IMG/VR virus record: IMGVR_UViG_3300009103_002187
Span: 1 to 64,000 of that record
Direction: 5' to 3' (one strand)
Length of the DNA stretch: 64,000 bases
Origin: a virus
In this document: in pieces, positions 1 through 10,432 of the stretch
Layout of the letters: the number at the start of each line of letters is the position of its first letter
How positions within the stretch are numbered: position 1 is the first letter of the stretch
The notes under the pieces: model-generated
What the model was told of the DNA's origin: nothing
The model's input: the letters and a program-made list of their open reading frames with translations, nothing else
Database searches by the model: none
Position numbers and translations under genes: made by a program

Positions 1-1121
1 GCCAATCCTCTATCGCCAGCTGGACCTAATGTATATGATCCTCCAGCAGATGAAGAAGCAATACCCAATGCAATAATCGGATCCTTGACAATCATGTTGG
101 ACGAAGAAACCGTGGTTGTGTTCCCCTTGACAATCAGATCACCAGCAATGGTAACTGTGTCGGAAACTGCATTGCCCAGATCAACGTTTCCAGTTGCTGA
201 GAAGGCATCCACCGCGAAAGTTCCACCAGCAACTGTGAGAGTGTCAGCAGAGTGAGTCATCGTGACGTCACCACCATCGAAGTTGACAACACCGCCTGAT
301 CCCAGGTGAAGGTCGTTCCAACCTACTGTAGATGTTCCTAGATCCTTACTAGCGTCAGCGCTGGGGACCAATGAACCAGTGACACCAATGTGATCAGTAG
401 CTGAATCTAACTGAACGCTAGCATCAGTGTTCAGAACGATAGATCCGGCTGCGATTGCTTCAAGATTTCCTGCAGAATTCTTTGCCAGATACTCATTTGC
501 ACCACCAAACTGAATCTGACCTGTGCTATTTGCCCTAAAATTACCACCAGCAACTGTAAGCACATTAGAAGAGTGAGTTAGTGTGACATCACCAGCGTTA
601 AAGTTAATTACGCCAGCGTTAGCTAGGAATAGATCTGACCATGATTTGGCAGTTGTACCTAGTGCAAGTCCATCGTTTCCTGAACCTGGTGCGAGATTTG
701 ATGCGCTTAATACAAGCTTATCGCTGCCTCCCACCTCGAACATGATAACATCGTCAACAGGTGATCTAATTGATGTATCGTTATCGACATCAAGATCAAT
801 CCTGCTGCCGAAGCTACCATCAGCACCGAGATCGATATCACCTGACAGGTAAAGCGAACCTGTGATGTCAATATCGGTTTTGACCTGAAGGTGATTTGGT
901 GCACCGCTGAGGTGTCCAGCCAGGGCAGATATATCTGACCCGGATGTCACTGCTGTGTACCAGTTATCTCCCTTAAGATCGTTAAGTACAGTTCTGATAT
1001 TATTGAGATCTTCTTGCAAAGACTCTGTTTCAGCCATCGCTGAGCCCATCGTTCGGGTCATCGAATGTGCTGATGCTTTTGTACCAGAGACCTGTAACTG
1101 TCTTACTTTATTAAATGACAT
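1..1121 (-). CDS. Tail fibre / virion structural protein (partial, runs off left edge; not in ORF track)
   Basis: ATG at 1121 preceded by GGAGG SD; the segments I translated at both ends are open and in the same frame (MSFNKVRQLQVSG...GDLIVKGNTTTVSSSNMIVKDPIIALG...GDRG), a G/S/T-rich pattern typical of phage tail fibres. Confidence 0.75.
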   Translation of the reverse strand, partial: MSFNKVRQLQVSGTKASAHSMTRTMGSAMAETESLQEDLNNIRTVLNDLKGDNWYTAVTSGSDISALAGHLSGAPNHLQVKTDIDITGSLYLSGDIDLGADGSFGSRIDLDVDNDTSIRSPVDDVIMFEVGGSDKLVLSASNLAPGSGNDGLALGTTAKSWSDLFLANAGVINFNAGDVTLTHSSNVLTVAGGNFRANSTGQIQFGGANEYLAKNSAGNLEAIAAGSIVLNTDASVQLDSATDHIGVTGSLVPSADASKDLGTSTVGWNDLHLGSGGVVNFDGGDVTMTHSADTLTVAGGTFAVDAFSATGNVDLGNAVSDTVTIAGDLIVKGNTTTVSSSNMIVKDPIIALGIASSSAGGSYTLGPAGDRGL

Positions 1122-1236
1122 TTATATTTCCTCCAAAGTTAATTTGTCATAAATACCATAACTTAACTGGACAAATACAAAACTATACTGAACTGATACC
1201 GAACTTTACTGAGACTGCGACGAACTAAAACATGAC

Positions 1237-1251
1237 TGAGACAGTGTCTCA
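1237..1251. promoter_or_regulatory. Perfect 7-1-7 palindrome TGAGACA-G-TGTCTCA, possible operator
   Basis: Directly visible in the intergenic leader between the DUF5659-like gene and the tail-fibre gene. Confidence 0.4.
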
Positions 1252-1259
1252 AAAATTTC

Positions 1260-1478
1260 TTAAGGCCTATAAAGCATCTTCTTTAGAGATCTTAGATAGG
1301 TATCAAACTTTCCGAATTCACTATTTATATATTCGATTGTGAGAGAATTTCCTAAATTATCTGGATCTTCCAGAATAAATTCAAACTTATTTCCTGACCG
1401 TCCTGCACTTACTAACTTGAGACCTCGCATCATTAGAAAGGCTGCTAGTGGCAAATCTGAAGTAGTATATTGATTCAT
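1260..1478 (-). CDS. Small DUF5659-like protein
   Basis: TSDLPLAAFLMMRG...F.F pattern resembles DUF5659 small phage proteins. Confidence 0.55.
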   Translation of the reverse strand: MNQYTTSDLPLAAFLMMRGLKLVSAGRSGNKFEFILEDPDNLGNSLTIEYINSEFGKFDTYLRSLKKMLYRP

Positions 1479-1726
1479 TCTGCACGGTTTCCTCTAATCG
1501 GTGAGGTTCTTTGAGGTTCTTTCCCACACAATATTAAATATGGATATCACTGGAATTTAATAATCAAAGTTATTTTGTTAGATAATGGTCGCTGCAATCT
1601 TACGGGGGCATTATTATAACTTAATAAGCACCATAGATCATGTGGTTTTCGTGAATTGTGAGAAAAAAAAGTTAACTCTTTTTCTTGTTAGCAGCATTGT
1701 TGTAAAAAAAAAGTTAAGTAAATACC

Positions 1727-3154
1727 CTAATATTTATATGTCACCAGCACGGAATCATTTGAGTGTGGTGCGCTTGCTGTAACAAAATAAATTGTAGATC
1801 CCGTAACTTCAAAATCATGCGTGCCATAAATTCCCGCTGGTACCTGAAGAACTCCGTTAATAAAGATCTGCACATCTGACACAGAAGCAGGAGAATTAGT
1901 TAACGTGAATTGTGTATTTGAGCTATTTTGTGTGCCACTAGGTCTTTCATTAAAAGTTACTCTCAATGAGGGTGAAAATCTTGAGATCGAGATTCGATCA
2001 TTAGTGTCTAACTCGAAAGAAAATCTCACAGTTGTGTCATTTATCAGAGTATAGTCTGCCTGATCAGCTGTCACCTGTGATAGTGTTCCTGACACAACCT
2101 CCATTCCGTTTAGATGAAGGTCAATTAAATCCTCATCATGTCTGGAATAACTAAAATCTGTTGTTGAGATGACTAGATTCTTTTTAGCTGCATGTGAACC
2201 GGTAACTCTATACATTTCTCTTCTTCTCGTAGAAGCACCCCAGTCAGCCTTTGGGGCAGAGAGCTTTACATGACCATCTGACCCAGATGTAATAGTCACA
2301 TTATCTCCGGCGACAAGATAAGATTTCCCAGTCGCCAAAGTTGTTAAAGATCCAGATAGACTTGTCACAGTCATCGCATTGGTTGTCTTGTTAAATGTAA
2401 ACGCAGCATCCCCGCCTAAAGAAGAGCCCCCATCATTAAACTGAACCTGAGTGTCGTCACCTCCACTTGCGTTTGAACCAGAGGAGATAACCTCGTCAAT
2501 CATCTTTCCAACATACGCAAACGCCTTGGCATAAGCCGGAATCTTAGACGCGCTGTAGTCCTGGAGAAAAAGAATTCCATTGTAATAATCAACACTCCAG
2601 TCAATATTGTCCAGCAAGGGAATCTCATCTCCTACACTCCCACTGTCGTCCTTAAAGATCTTTACGGTATACGGATTAGGCGCTGCCTGAGAAAAGTAAG
2701 GAGGAACTAGCTGTATCTTCCCTAGTGACTCATGAATAATCCTTCCGTTATTAAAAACACCATTTCCTCTTCTTGCACAGCTTGAAGTTGTCTGATAATT
2801 TGAAGGCAACACAAGCTTATATGTGTGAACACCTGATATCTGCGAACTTTCACCTGAGTCTGATCCGGCTCCTCCCCCAGAACTATTTGCATCATAAGTT
2901 GTACCTGTCAAGGCTTGCAAGTCAAACAGCACATATTCAACAGTAGCACCTGTATCAGCTGACGCACTTTGAAGAAGCCACAATGTTGTTGAAGGCTCAG
3001 AGGGAATTCCTTCACCGAAGAATAGCGAAGATCCACCTTGAACATTTGATCCAATTACCTCTTCACCATCAACCTTTAGATTTGAAGTGTGCGCCTTTCC
3101 TAAAAGCTTCTTCTGAGCAAAATAAGTTGCGGATTCATTACTCTTTTTTGCCAT
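1727..3154 (-). CDS. Virion structural / tail-associated protein
   Basis: Start MAKKS is coupled (TAATG) to the upstream gene; GGDDTQVQFNDGG and FNERPSG...FTL...IFINGVLQ modules are typical of phage tail/baseplate proteins. Confidence 0.65.
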   Translation of the reverse strand: MAKKSNESATYFAQKKLLGKAHTSNLKVDGEEVIGSNVQGGSSLFFGEGIPSEPSTTLWLLQSASADTGATVEYVLFDLQALTGTTYDANSSGGGAGSDSGESSQISGVHTYKLVLPSNYQTTSSCARRGNGVFNNGRIIHESLGKIQLVPPYFSQAAPNPYTVKIFKDDSGSVGDEIPLLDNIDWSVDYYNGILFLQDYSASKIPAYAKAFAYVGKMIDEVISSGSNASGGDDTQVQFNDGGSSLGGDAAFTFNKTTNAMTVTSLSGSLTTLATGKSYLVAGDNVTITSGSDGHVKLSAPKADWGASTRRREMYRVTGSHAAKKNLVISTTDFSYSRHDEDLIDLHLNGMEVVSGTLSQVTADQADYTLINDTTVRFSFELDTNDRISISRFSPSLRVTFNERPSGTQNSSNTQFTLTNSPASVSDVQIFINGVLQVPAGIYGTHDFEVTGSTIYFVTASAPHSNDSVLVTYKY

Positions 3155-6100
3155 TATGCACTCCACGCAACGGTTATCTGATTAACATAACCCGCCCAAT
3201 TCTTATCAGCAGATAGCCTTATGACAAAATACTGCGCTCCCGAAGTGGTCCCATCAACAGTCTGGCCATTGAATGTGCATACATTTCCAGCACCCCCTCC
3301 ATCAATTGTTGCGTCTAAGTCTCCGCTTAGACAACCGTCTCCGTCGCTAATATTTCCAGAACCCGCTGAAGGGCGGCCCAAATCTAAGAAGCCTGTCTTT
3401 CCAGGTATTCTAACATCTACATGCACATTCTTGTTTGTCCCTAATGATCCCGAGTTAGCTCCTGTTCGTCCAACAATTGTAGCGTCTCCATATAAGGTAA
3501 TGGTGACACTTGGTCGATCATCTGTGGTATTGTTCAAGAACCCCCGATAGTATTCCCTGGTTGCTGCTCCTAAGCTGCTATAATTCACATTAGAAGCAGG
3601 CCCCTCTAAAACACCTCCCTCACTATGGCGCCTAAAGTCTCCTGAATTACCGCCCTTAAGCGGGCTGATTAGATAGCTATCGTAAATCATTAAGCCGGTA
3701 TAATATCCCGGGTAGCCTCCATTGTCATTCATTGAACCCGTCGAAGACCATTTATTAGACACAGACGTCACTGCAGCTTGTGAGGTATAAGATCCACTTT
3801 GAATTCTAAATTGCTCTCCGTTGAAATACTCATTTGTGTTTGCGTTGGAATTGTCGCTAGCGGAGTAAACGTGCAGGGTCGTTTTAGAAGCCGTTGCAGT
3901 AGTCAAATTAGATTTTAACGGATGAACAAATACCATCGCCCCGCCGCTATTATAGGCAGTTGTCCATGTTCCCATCAAAGACTTGGAACGAGAAAATCTA
4001 ATTGTTCCTGTGACGTGGACATCAGCTGCCTGTGAATCTGTTGATGTGTTTAAAGTCTGTAGAGAATCAGTTGACGAACTCGTAGACTTAGTGGAAGATA
4101 AGCCACTACCAGACTGAATAATTTTTGTTGCTGTCGCGTTGGTGAGGCTTGTAAATGAAATTGCAGAATTACTGTCTGAATAAACATTTTTGTAAAGATT
4201 AGAAAGCTTTGTTTCTATTGTCCCGCTTGGGTTGGTGAAATACTTTACTCCGCTTAGATGAAATAGATTGTCGTCTTGGAAAGCTTGAATTGCAAAGCTT
4301 GAAGAAGACAACGCGTTTGAATTATTATCATTTACCCATTCAACATAATTCGTCTCTCGATCACTACCCCCCACAGAATGTATCACTCTCGCATAGTTCC
4401 ACCCATTCCGTTGGTCTGCTGTCACAACTCTCCACTTTCCTGTTCGATAAATCTCTGTATAATCAGGAACACCATTATTATACTCGGCAGCTTCCCACGT
4501 GCTCAAACTAAAGAATCCCGAACCGTTGCCATTTACAGAAGTTCCCCCGCCAGATCCTGGCACCCCAGACCCTACAAGGTTGTACGATCCAGTAATTTCA
4601 ACTGTGTGGACAACTGATCCATTTACCTCTAACTTTAATGATCCGCTATTAGCGTCTGAGAAAGCATTTGCTGTATGATTTGTATGTGATCCATTTGAAT
4701 CAGCTGATACATCTTCGTTTAAATCACCTTCGATTATTGTATTTAAGGCAAACACAGACCGCCTTAGATTGTTAGACGAAGCAGCTGTTTGATATTTTCC
4801 GTTTACATCGACTGCAGAAAATCCTGCCGTAGTTCCTACGCTTGTATAGCCGGTGACAGCCTTTGAAGCACCAAAGGATAGGTTGCAATCAGTTCCGTCA
4901 TCGTTGCAATCAATATCATCAAGGTCTGGAATTGCTGCGATAGTCCCAGTTCCTGCCCCAAATGATACTGTAATTTGACTGATATACCCTGACCATGCTG
5001 TATCTGCTTCTATCCTCAGTCCGATATACTCATTATTCCCTATTCCTACAGTGCCTAATGTAACGTAATTTGTTGCATTTAAGCTGCTATCAAAGCTCAA
5101 AGAACCGTTAGCTGTATGTGCTCCGTTATTATCACTGTATGAGTCCAAGACAAACTCAGATGCCAAATCTAGCCATCCTGTCTCCCTGGTCCCATCTGAT
5201 GGAAATTTCACAAAGACTCTTATTCTACTACTGTTCAGCGCAGTTGCAGCAGTCACTATTGTGCCTGATCCGTTTATCGCAACTGTTAGATCATATTTTG
5301 TAGATCCCGTTTCATTTTTAAACCATCTATAAAAAGTTCTCTGGCCCGACTGACCAGAGTAATTTGGGTTCTTTGCTGGCGCATTGTTAAGCTTTCCACC
5401 ATCAGCATTGTCTCTAAAATCTCCAGAACGCAAGGTATTCAGAGGCGAATACAAGCGCTGATTATAAAAATGAAGACCATTTGAATGACCTCCATTAGAA
5501 GCTGTCATGTGCTTTGTTGAATCCCAAGTATTTGCAGCGTCTGTTAAAGATGCTTGGGTGCTATAAGCTCCACTAATAATTCTATAGTTTTCTCTTCTAA
5601 ATGTCTCAAGAAGCGCTGTCGAAGAATTTGATAAATTGTACATTAAGATGCCAGTTGTGTTAGCACTTGCACCATTAGTCAGATCACTCTTGAGTGGGTG
5701 TGTTACATTTACAGCAGTACTTACTGCACCGCTAATAAAGTAATTAGCAGTAATATTTCCAGTTCCTGTTAGATGTAGAAACTTGGTGTGAGTTTCTCCC
5801 CCAGCTGTATTGATAGTGGGTTTCGTTTGACTAGACACTGTAAAAGACACGCTTGAACTAGCTGCAGCTGTGTTTGTGACGGTAAAGGTTATGTCTTGGG
5901 TATCGTAAACATACTTATAAGCATTGCTTACTCGTGCCATGTAACGAGCGCTACCACTTTGATAGTATTGAATTCCTGAAAGATAGATACTTCCACTACC
6001 TTCGAAAGATATTGACTGACCAGTTCCTGCCAGAGCATCAGAATTATCATCATTCACCCATTCAATATAATTTGTGGTTTTAGTTGACCCAGTCTTTACA

Positions 6101-7749
6101 TGACTTACTCTCGCATAATTCCACCCTCTCCTCTGGCTGCCCGAAGCAACAACAAACCTACCCGTTCTATGCTTGAAGGATGCAAACGAATTCCCATTTG
6201 AAAGCGTACCTGTTGAAGCGAGAGAGAATAGATTGAACCCAGAACCGTTTGCGTCAAGATAAGAGCCGCTCCCGATCCCTGACGTTCCACTCCCATATAA
6301 GCTTGTTGATAAATCAATCTCTTTTATTGTCGAGCCGTTGACATCGAGTCGCAGCACTCCAGTATCAGCATCACCAAATGAATAGGCGGGATAATTTTGA
6401 ACACTATTCCCTTGACTATTATAGGAAACGTCAGCGTTTAAAATGCCGCTAATGTGTGTATTTCCTGTAAAGACAGCCAGGCGGATATTGTTGCTACTAG
6501 TTGTCACTGTATAAGCACCGTTTACATCAACCGCTGCACTTATTCCAGCATTCCCTGCAACAGATAAATAAGCAGGATTTCCAGATGACTGATTGTTGCT
6601 TGACCCAAAAGATAGGGAAGCTGTCACACCTGTATTTGTAGAATTAATATCATCAAGTGCAGGTGCAGGATCAGGAGCGAGCGCTTTTAAAACTTCATTA
6701 AATCTATCAATTGCTGTTCCAATTTCTGTTGAAGATGTAAAATCTGAGAATAGTCCATCTGTGTAATCATCATCCTCTGCGGATCCGATTGTACTTCCCC
6801 CAGCACCAGAAGATGCAATTGTTACTTGCCCTGCAGAGCTTGTAGTGATAGTAACGTTGCTGCCTGCGACTAAATAAGAGTTACCATCAGATAGGTGGGT
6901 GAGAGATCCAGAAATTCCCTTGACAGCTTTGAGTGTTCCTGAAGAAACGACGTCTCCTCCGAAAAGTGCTGCACCCCTCGGGAGGGGTGTCTGTCCTGCA
7001 ATAGCGCCAGAAACAAAGAACCACACATCTTCCCCTGGAGATACAGCATTAGGATCTTTTCCATGAAAATGAAGCTGGCCTTTTGTTAAAAATTTAAATC
7101 GACGATCAGTAATAGTGTTTGAACCTGTCAAGAAAATCTTTCCTGCTGTGGATCCACCCAGGTCAATAAACCTGATAAGACCGTCGTCAGAACCAATCTT
7201 TACTTCTTCTGAGGCAAATACCTTGACACTTCCGCTTGGATTTTTTAGCGAGGTCGTCGCGCCAGAAGATGCAATGAACTCAATATCTTCAGCAACCTTA
7301 AGAGGAGAACCACCGAACACAGTTCCGCTGATAACAACATCTCCTCCAAAAACAGCAACACCCGCAGTTGATGGTGTTGTTGTTGCTGTTTGAGCTCCCG
7401 ATACGAAGAAGGTGACGTTTGTCCCAGGCAAGGGCCCATCATTGATCATCACAGAGCCTGTGAACTGATGAAGATCTCCTGCTGAATCGCCAAACTTAGT
7501 TGAGCCGCTCTTAAAAATTATAGAAGAAGATACAATCTCTGAGTGATAGTCTCTTGCAAATAAGCTGCCCGAAATTGAAACATCACCAACGATGTGTACT
7601 TTATGTGTGGGAGAAGCAGTGCCTACTCCCAGACGTTTATACGTTGGGTCAAATGTGAATGTGGAAATATTAGTGAAATCTCCACCGCCATCTGCAAGCT
7701 GAATTGCACCAGAAGAGCCTGATGACTCAGTGACTTTAATCGCTGACAT
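3154..7749 (-). CDS. Large tail-fibre/structural protein (1531 aa) with an internal duplication of about 580 aa
   Basis: RLGVGTASP and S/T-G-S rich fibre motifs; two homologous halves (LDDI..LSFG..NN(I/L)R..GWNYARV..NY(I/V)EWVND..HPLKS..W.GY..QITV). Confidence 0.7.
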   Translation of the reverse strand: MSAIKVTESSGSSGAIQLADGGGDFTNISTFTFDPTYKRLGVGTASPTHKVHIVGDVSISGSLFARDYHSEIVSSSIIFKSGSTKFGDSAGDLHQFTGSVMINDGPLPGTNVTFFVSGAQTATTTPSTAGVAVFGGDVVISGTVFGGSPLKVAEDIEFIASSGATTSLKNPSGSVKVFASEEVKIGSDDGLIRFIDLGGSTAGKIFLTGSNTITDRRFKFLTKGQLHFHGKDPNAVSPGEDVWFFVSGAIAGQTPLPRGAALFGGDVVSSGTLKAVKGISGSLTHLSDGNSYLVAGSNVTITTSSAGQVTIASSGAGGSTIGSAEDDDYTDGLFSDFTSSTEIGTAIDRFNEVLKALAPDPAPALDDINSTNTGVTASLSFGSSNNQSSGNPAYLSVAGNAGISAAVDVNGAYTVTTSSNNIRLAVFTGNTHISGILNADVSYNSQGNSVQNYPAYSFGDADTGVLRLDVNGSTIKEIDLSTSLYGSGTSGIGSGSYLDANGSGFNLFSLASTGTLSNGNSFASFKHRTGRFVVASGSQRRGWNYARVSHVKTGSTKTTNYIEWVNDDNSDALAGTGQSISFEGSGSIYLSGIQYYQSGSARYMARVSNAYKYVYDTQDITFTVTNTAAASSSVSFTVSSQTKPTINTAGGETHTKFLHLTGTGNITANYFISGAVSTAVNVTHPLKSDLTNGASANTTGILMYNLSNSSTALLETFRRENYRIISGAYSTQASLTDAANTWDSTKHMTASNGGHSNGLHFYNQRLYSPLNTLRSGDFRDNADGGKLNNAPAKNPNYSGQSGQRTFYRWFKNETGSTKYDLTVAINGSGTIVTAATALNSSRIRVFVKFPSDGTRETGWLDLASEFVLDSYSDNNGAHTANGSLSFDSSLNATNYVTLGTVGIGNNEYIGLRIEADTAWSGYISQITVSFGAGTGTIAAIPDLDDIDCNDDGTDCNLSFGASKAVTGYTSVGTTAGFSAVDVNGKYQTAASSNNLRRSVFALNTIIEGDLNEDVSADSNGSHTNHTANAFSDANSGSLKLEVNGSVVHTVEITGSYNLVGSGVPGSGGGTSVNGNGSGFFSLSTWEAAEYNNGVPDYTEIYRTGKWRVVTADQRNGWNYARVIHSVGGSDRETNYVEWVNDNNSNALSSSSFAIQAFQDDNLFHLSGVKYFTNPSGTIETKLSNLYKNVYSDSNSAISFTSLTNATATKIIQSGSGLSSTKSTSSSTDSLQTLNTSTDSQAADVHVTGTIRFSRSKSLMGTWTTAYNSGGAMVFVHPLKSNLTTATASKTTLHVYSASDNSNANTNEYFNGEQFRIQSGSYTSQAAVTSVSNKWSSTGSMNDNGGYPGYYTGLMIYDSYLISPLKGGNSGDFRRHSEGGVLEGPASNVNYSSLGAATREYYRGFLNNTTDDRPSVTITLYGDATIVGRTGANSGSLGTNKNVHVDVRIPGKTGFLDLGRPSAGSGNISDGDGCLSGDLDATIDGGGAGNVCTFNGQTVDGTTSGAQYFVIRLSADKNWAGYVNQITVAWSA

Positions 7750-8023
7750 CTATGCCTCCTGTCAAAAGTAAAGCGTGAATTGCATTCTTCACGCTGTTAA
7801 GTTGTTCATCATTAAGCTCAGTTAACATTGCAATAATGATTCCCACACCATTATTATCACATCTTTCCAAATATCTATTGGCTAATACAGACACAGCTCC
7901 TTCTGGAACAACAATTGTTCCACTGGGCAGCTTGAATGCACCCGGTATTTCGTCACGTTTAAACATCCTCAAAGCAGTTGAGTACGAAACGCCAATCTTG
8001 CTCGCAAAAGATCTAAGCCTCAT
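7736..8023 (-). CDS. MerR/IS607-TnpA-like winged HTH protein without a recombinase domain
   Basis: FASKIGVSYSTALRMFKRDEIPGAFKLPSGTIVV resembles the IS607 TnpA N-terminal HTH; no serine-recombinase motif follows. Confidence 0.6.
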   Translation of the reverse strand: MRLRSFASKIGVSYSTALRMFKRDEIPGAFKLPSGTIVVPEGAVSVLANRYLERCDNNGVGIIIAMLTELNDEQLNSVKNAIHALLLTGGIDVSD

Positions 8024-8092
8024 TGTGTATAAATATCACAATGAGGCTCATTTGTTATTACTTGATATGATTTGATTTAATCTATTTGCGCA

Positions 8093-9325
8093 TTATTTGT
8101 CATTTCTCCAACAGACAAACGTGGGAAATCTAAGACTGCCGTCAGGAGTCTCTTCCTGATATCGAATTTCTGCAATTCTGCCAATAAAATCATCAGGTGC
8201 GCTCCAGATCAATAGGCGCATCTCATCGGTTAGGCCGCTTCCCACTCCAACCTCAACACCCTTGTAATCAACAACAAGAGCTCCGCAAGTATCAGAAAAC
8301 TTTCCTGTACCTTGCTCAACCCGAAGAACCTCACAATCTGCATCGTGAAATGCCTTAAGCTTCATCACTTCTGGACCTCGACCAAATTTATAAGGCGCGT
8401 CAAGATCTTTGATCATTGCCCCTTCATAACCTTCCTCAACAAATCTATCATGAAGATTTTTAATATCATCATACTCTGAGTCAACAGGAAACCTTTCTAC
8501 TACTTTAAGGAATTGAGATGAATCAATTTTTTCCAAGTTTTGAATCCTTTTAACAAGAATATCATATCTTTCTTCACAGCTAATTTTCGCCTGACGGTCT
8601 TTCCACTCTCTAAGCGGGAGATAGTCAAATAAGGAAAGATATGTTCCTTCAGTATCTACATCTTCTTTTCGATACGCTTGACGCATCAGCGCAGTAAAAT
8701 CCTCACCCATGATCTCGCCATCATAACATCCGTCCCCCAGCTTGGCAAGTGATGCACCAACTGTACTGTCAAAATTTGTGATTAGCTTTCCAGACCGTGC
8801 ATAAAGAAGAGCATGACTATCTTCAACAATTGCAAAGCATCGAATTCCATCAAGCTTCGGTTCAACAGCGATCCGTTTTCCAACAATTCGTTTTTTCTCA
8901 AATTTTTGAGCAAGTGCAACATCAAAAGTTGGAATTAGTCCTGGGAAAACCTTATTAATTGTCTTTGTCGAGGCACCCATGTTAAGATGCTTTTTAAGCA
9001 CCCTTCTCATCCATTTCTCTTCTTCCTTTGACGCAATACAAAAAACAGACTGAATCAATTCAATCGCTAAATTTCCCGTATACTCCCTCTTTTGACAGAG
9101 ATCAGCCACCTCAAAGAATGAATTCCACCGAAGAACCTCATCTTTCGCCGGATAACGATTTTTAACTGCAGGAACCTTTACAACATTAAAGGTCAGAAAA
9201 GGATCACCCGCATATCTCAAAATCTTCTTAAGCAGGTCGTTGTCTTTGTTTTGTAGAAGAATTTTAGACTTTAGCTTAGGGCCTCGTGCCTTAGAAATTT
9301 CTTCTAGAATTTCAGTTATGTTCAT
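8093..9325 (-). CDS. lig: ATP-dependent DNA ligase
   Basis: Motif I EPKLDGIR, III DGEI, IV EGAMIK, V KLK, VI SLRFPTF. Confidence 0.95.
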   Translation of the reverse strand: MNITEILEEISKARGPKLKSKILLQNKDNDLLKKILRYAGDPFLTFNVVKVPAVKNRYPAKDEVLRWNSFFEVADLCQKREYTGNLAIELIQSVFCIASKEEEKWMRRVLKKHLNMGASTKTINKVFPGLIPTFDVALAQKFEKKRIVGKRIAVEPKLDGIRCFAIVEDSHALLYARSGKLITNFDSTVGASLAKLGDGCYDGEIMGEDFTALMRQAYRKEDVDTEGTYLSLFDYLPLREWKDRQAKISCEERYDILVKRIQNLEKIDSSQFLKVVERFPVDSEYDDIKNLHDRFVEEGYEGAMIKDLDAPYKFGRGPEVMKLKAFHDADCEVLRVEQGTGKFSDTCGALVVDYKGVEVGVGSGLTDEMRLLIWSAPDDFIGRIAEIRYQEETPDGSLRFPTFVCWRNDK

Positions 9326-9581
9326 TATCACTCTTGTTATTTTTGGCAAAAATCATTTCTTCCCAAATGAGAAATACAACTCCATCTACCAATACTTTCC
9401 AACATCTCTTTGAATCTTTTCCTGTAAGAGAACTCTCTCCGCAATACTCGACTAAAAGACCGCGCGATTCGCCCTTAAGAAGGCGCATTCCCAAACTTCC
9501 CTTTTCACAAAGATACCTTCCAGGTTTTAAAAAAATTAAGTCACCAGGGCTTAATTCATGTCTTCGTCGTCTAATTGACAT
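9312..9581 (-). CDS. Hypothetical protein (SH3-like, 'PGDLI')
   Basis: ORF within the operon; beta-rich small phage protein. Confidence 0.45.
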   Translation of the reverse strand: MSIRRRRHELSPGDLIFLKPGRYLCEKGSLGMRLLKGESRGLLVEYCGESSLTGKDSKRCWKVLVDGVVFLIWEEMIFAKNNKSDNEHN

Positions 9582-9808
9582 CCCTTGAATTCAATCTCCT
9601 GAATTGTTGTTCCACAATTCGAACATGTTCCCTCGCTAATTTCAGAATATATTTGTAGCACTGTTTGAATATCATCAATCTTTTTAGAAAAAACAAAAAA
9701 ATCTTCAATCGTCAACCTTAAAATAACACTGTTAACGTCAATATAAATCTCTTGTGCTTTTACATCAAACTGCGCGTCATGAGGAAGATCCAGCATTCGA
9801 TCGGACAT
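9551..9808 (-). CDS. Hypothetical protein with a CxxC
   Basis: Likely start MSDRML; CSNC near the C-terminus. Confidence 0.45.
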   Translation of the reverse strand: MSDRMLDLPHDAQFDVKAQEIYIDVNSVILRLTIEDFFVFSKKIDDIQTVLQIYSEISEGTCSNCGTTIQEIEFKGCQLDDEDMN

Positions 9809-10100
9809 TAGTAGACTTTCTCCCGGTAGACTTTTTCTTAGCAGTGGCAGATTTTGGCTTTGCCTTTGGCTTTGCCTTTTTTGGTGCAATCGCTGCATCT
9901 TTAATATCAGGCGCAGCAGATGAATCTGCTGCAACTTTTTTAGGTACAAATAGGTCAGAAACTTCCTCTTCGTTAGGAGGCGAAACCCCGATTTCAGCTA
10001 GCTGCTTTACAAGAGCATCGTAAGATTTAATGCCACCCGCGTCTATCCACGCCCTAGGATTAATTTTTCTTCTACCTATAAAAAACTTCCAACTTACCAT
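9777..10100 (-). CDS. Hypothetical protein with a K/A/P-rich basic tail
   Basis: GGAG SD; PKKAKPKAKPKSATAKKK tail. Confidence 0.55.
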   Translation of the reverse strand: MVSWKFFIGRRKINPRAWIDAGGIKSYDALVKQLAEIGVSPPNEEEVSDLFVPKKVAADSSAAPDIKDAAIAPKKAKPKAKPKSATAKKKSTGRKSTNVRSNAGSSS

Positions 10101-10144
10101 AGCTCAACTCCAATAAGATCTCTTATTATAGGTATCTCAAAATA

Positions 10145-10432
10145 CTAGCTTAAGTCACTATTAAAAATAACTTCAGAAACTGCATCTTGAAAAAGAGGGT
10201 TGGACGCGATCTTCTTTATTTCTGATCTAGAAATGTTCTTACAACCATTAGAACGACAAAGATTTAGCGCAATCTTATGCATTGCCTTTAGAAAGACGTT
10301 TCTAGCTGTTGCATGATTCATCTTAAAGCCCTCCTCGGTCATTAGTAGGGCGATAGATCGATAATCCATTCCCCCTAGATCAGCCACTGTTGCATATCCA
10401 TTTTCAGCCTTATAGCCTTTGGGCATTGACAT
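10145..10432 (-). CDS. Sigma region-4.2-like HTH protein coupled to the sigma gene
   Basis: MDYRSIA...MNHATARNVFLKAMHKI resembles TLEEIG...TRERIRQIEAKALRKL; TAATG overlap with the sigma stop. Confidence 0.55.
   Translation of the reverse strand: MSMPKGYKAENGYATVADLGGMDYRSIALLMTEEGFKMNHATARNVFLKAMHKIALNLCRSNGCKNISRSEIKKIASNPLFQDAVSEVIFNSDLS

Noticed and set aside
7736-8023. Active IS607 element
   Set aside because: No serine recombinase catalytic domain, no tnpB and no element ends visible
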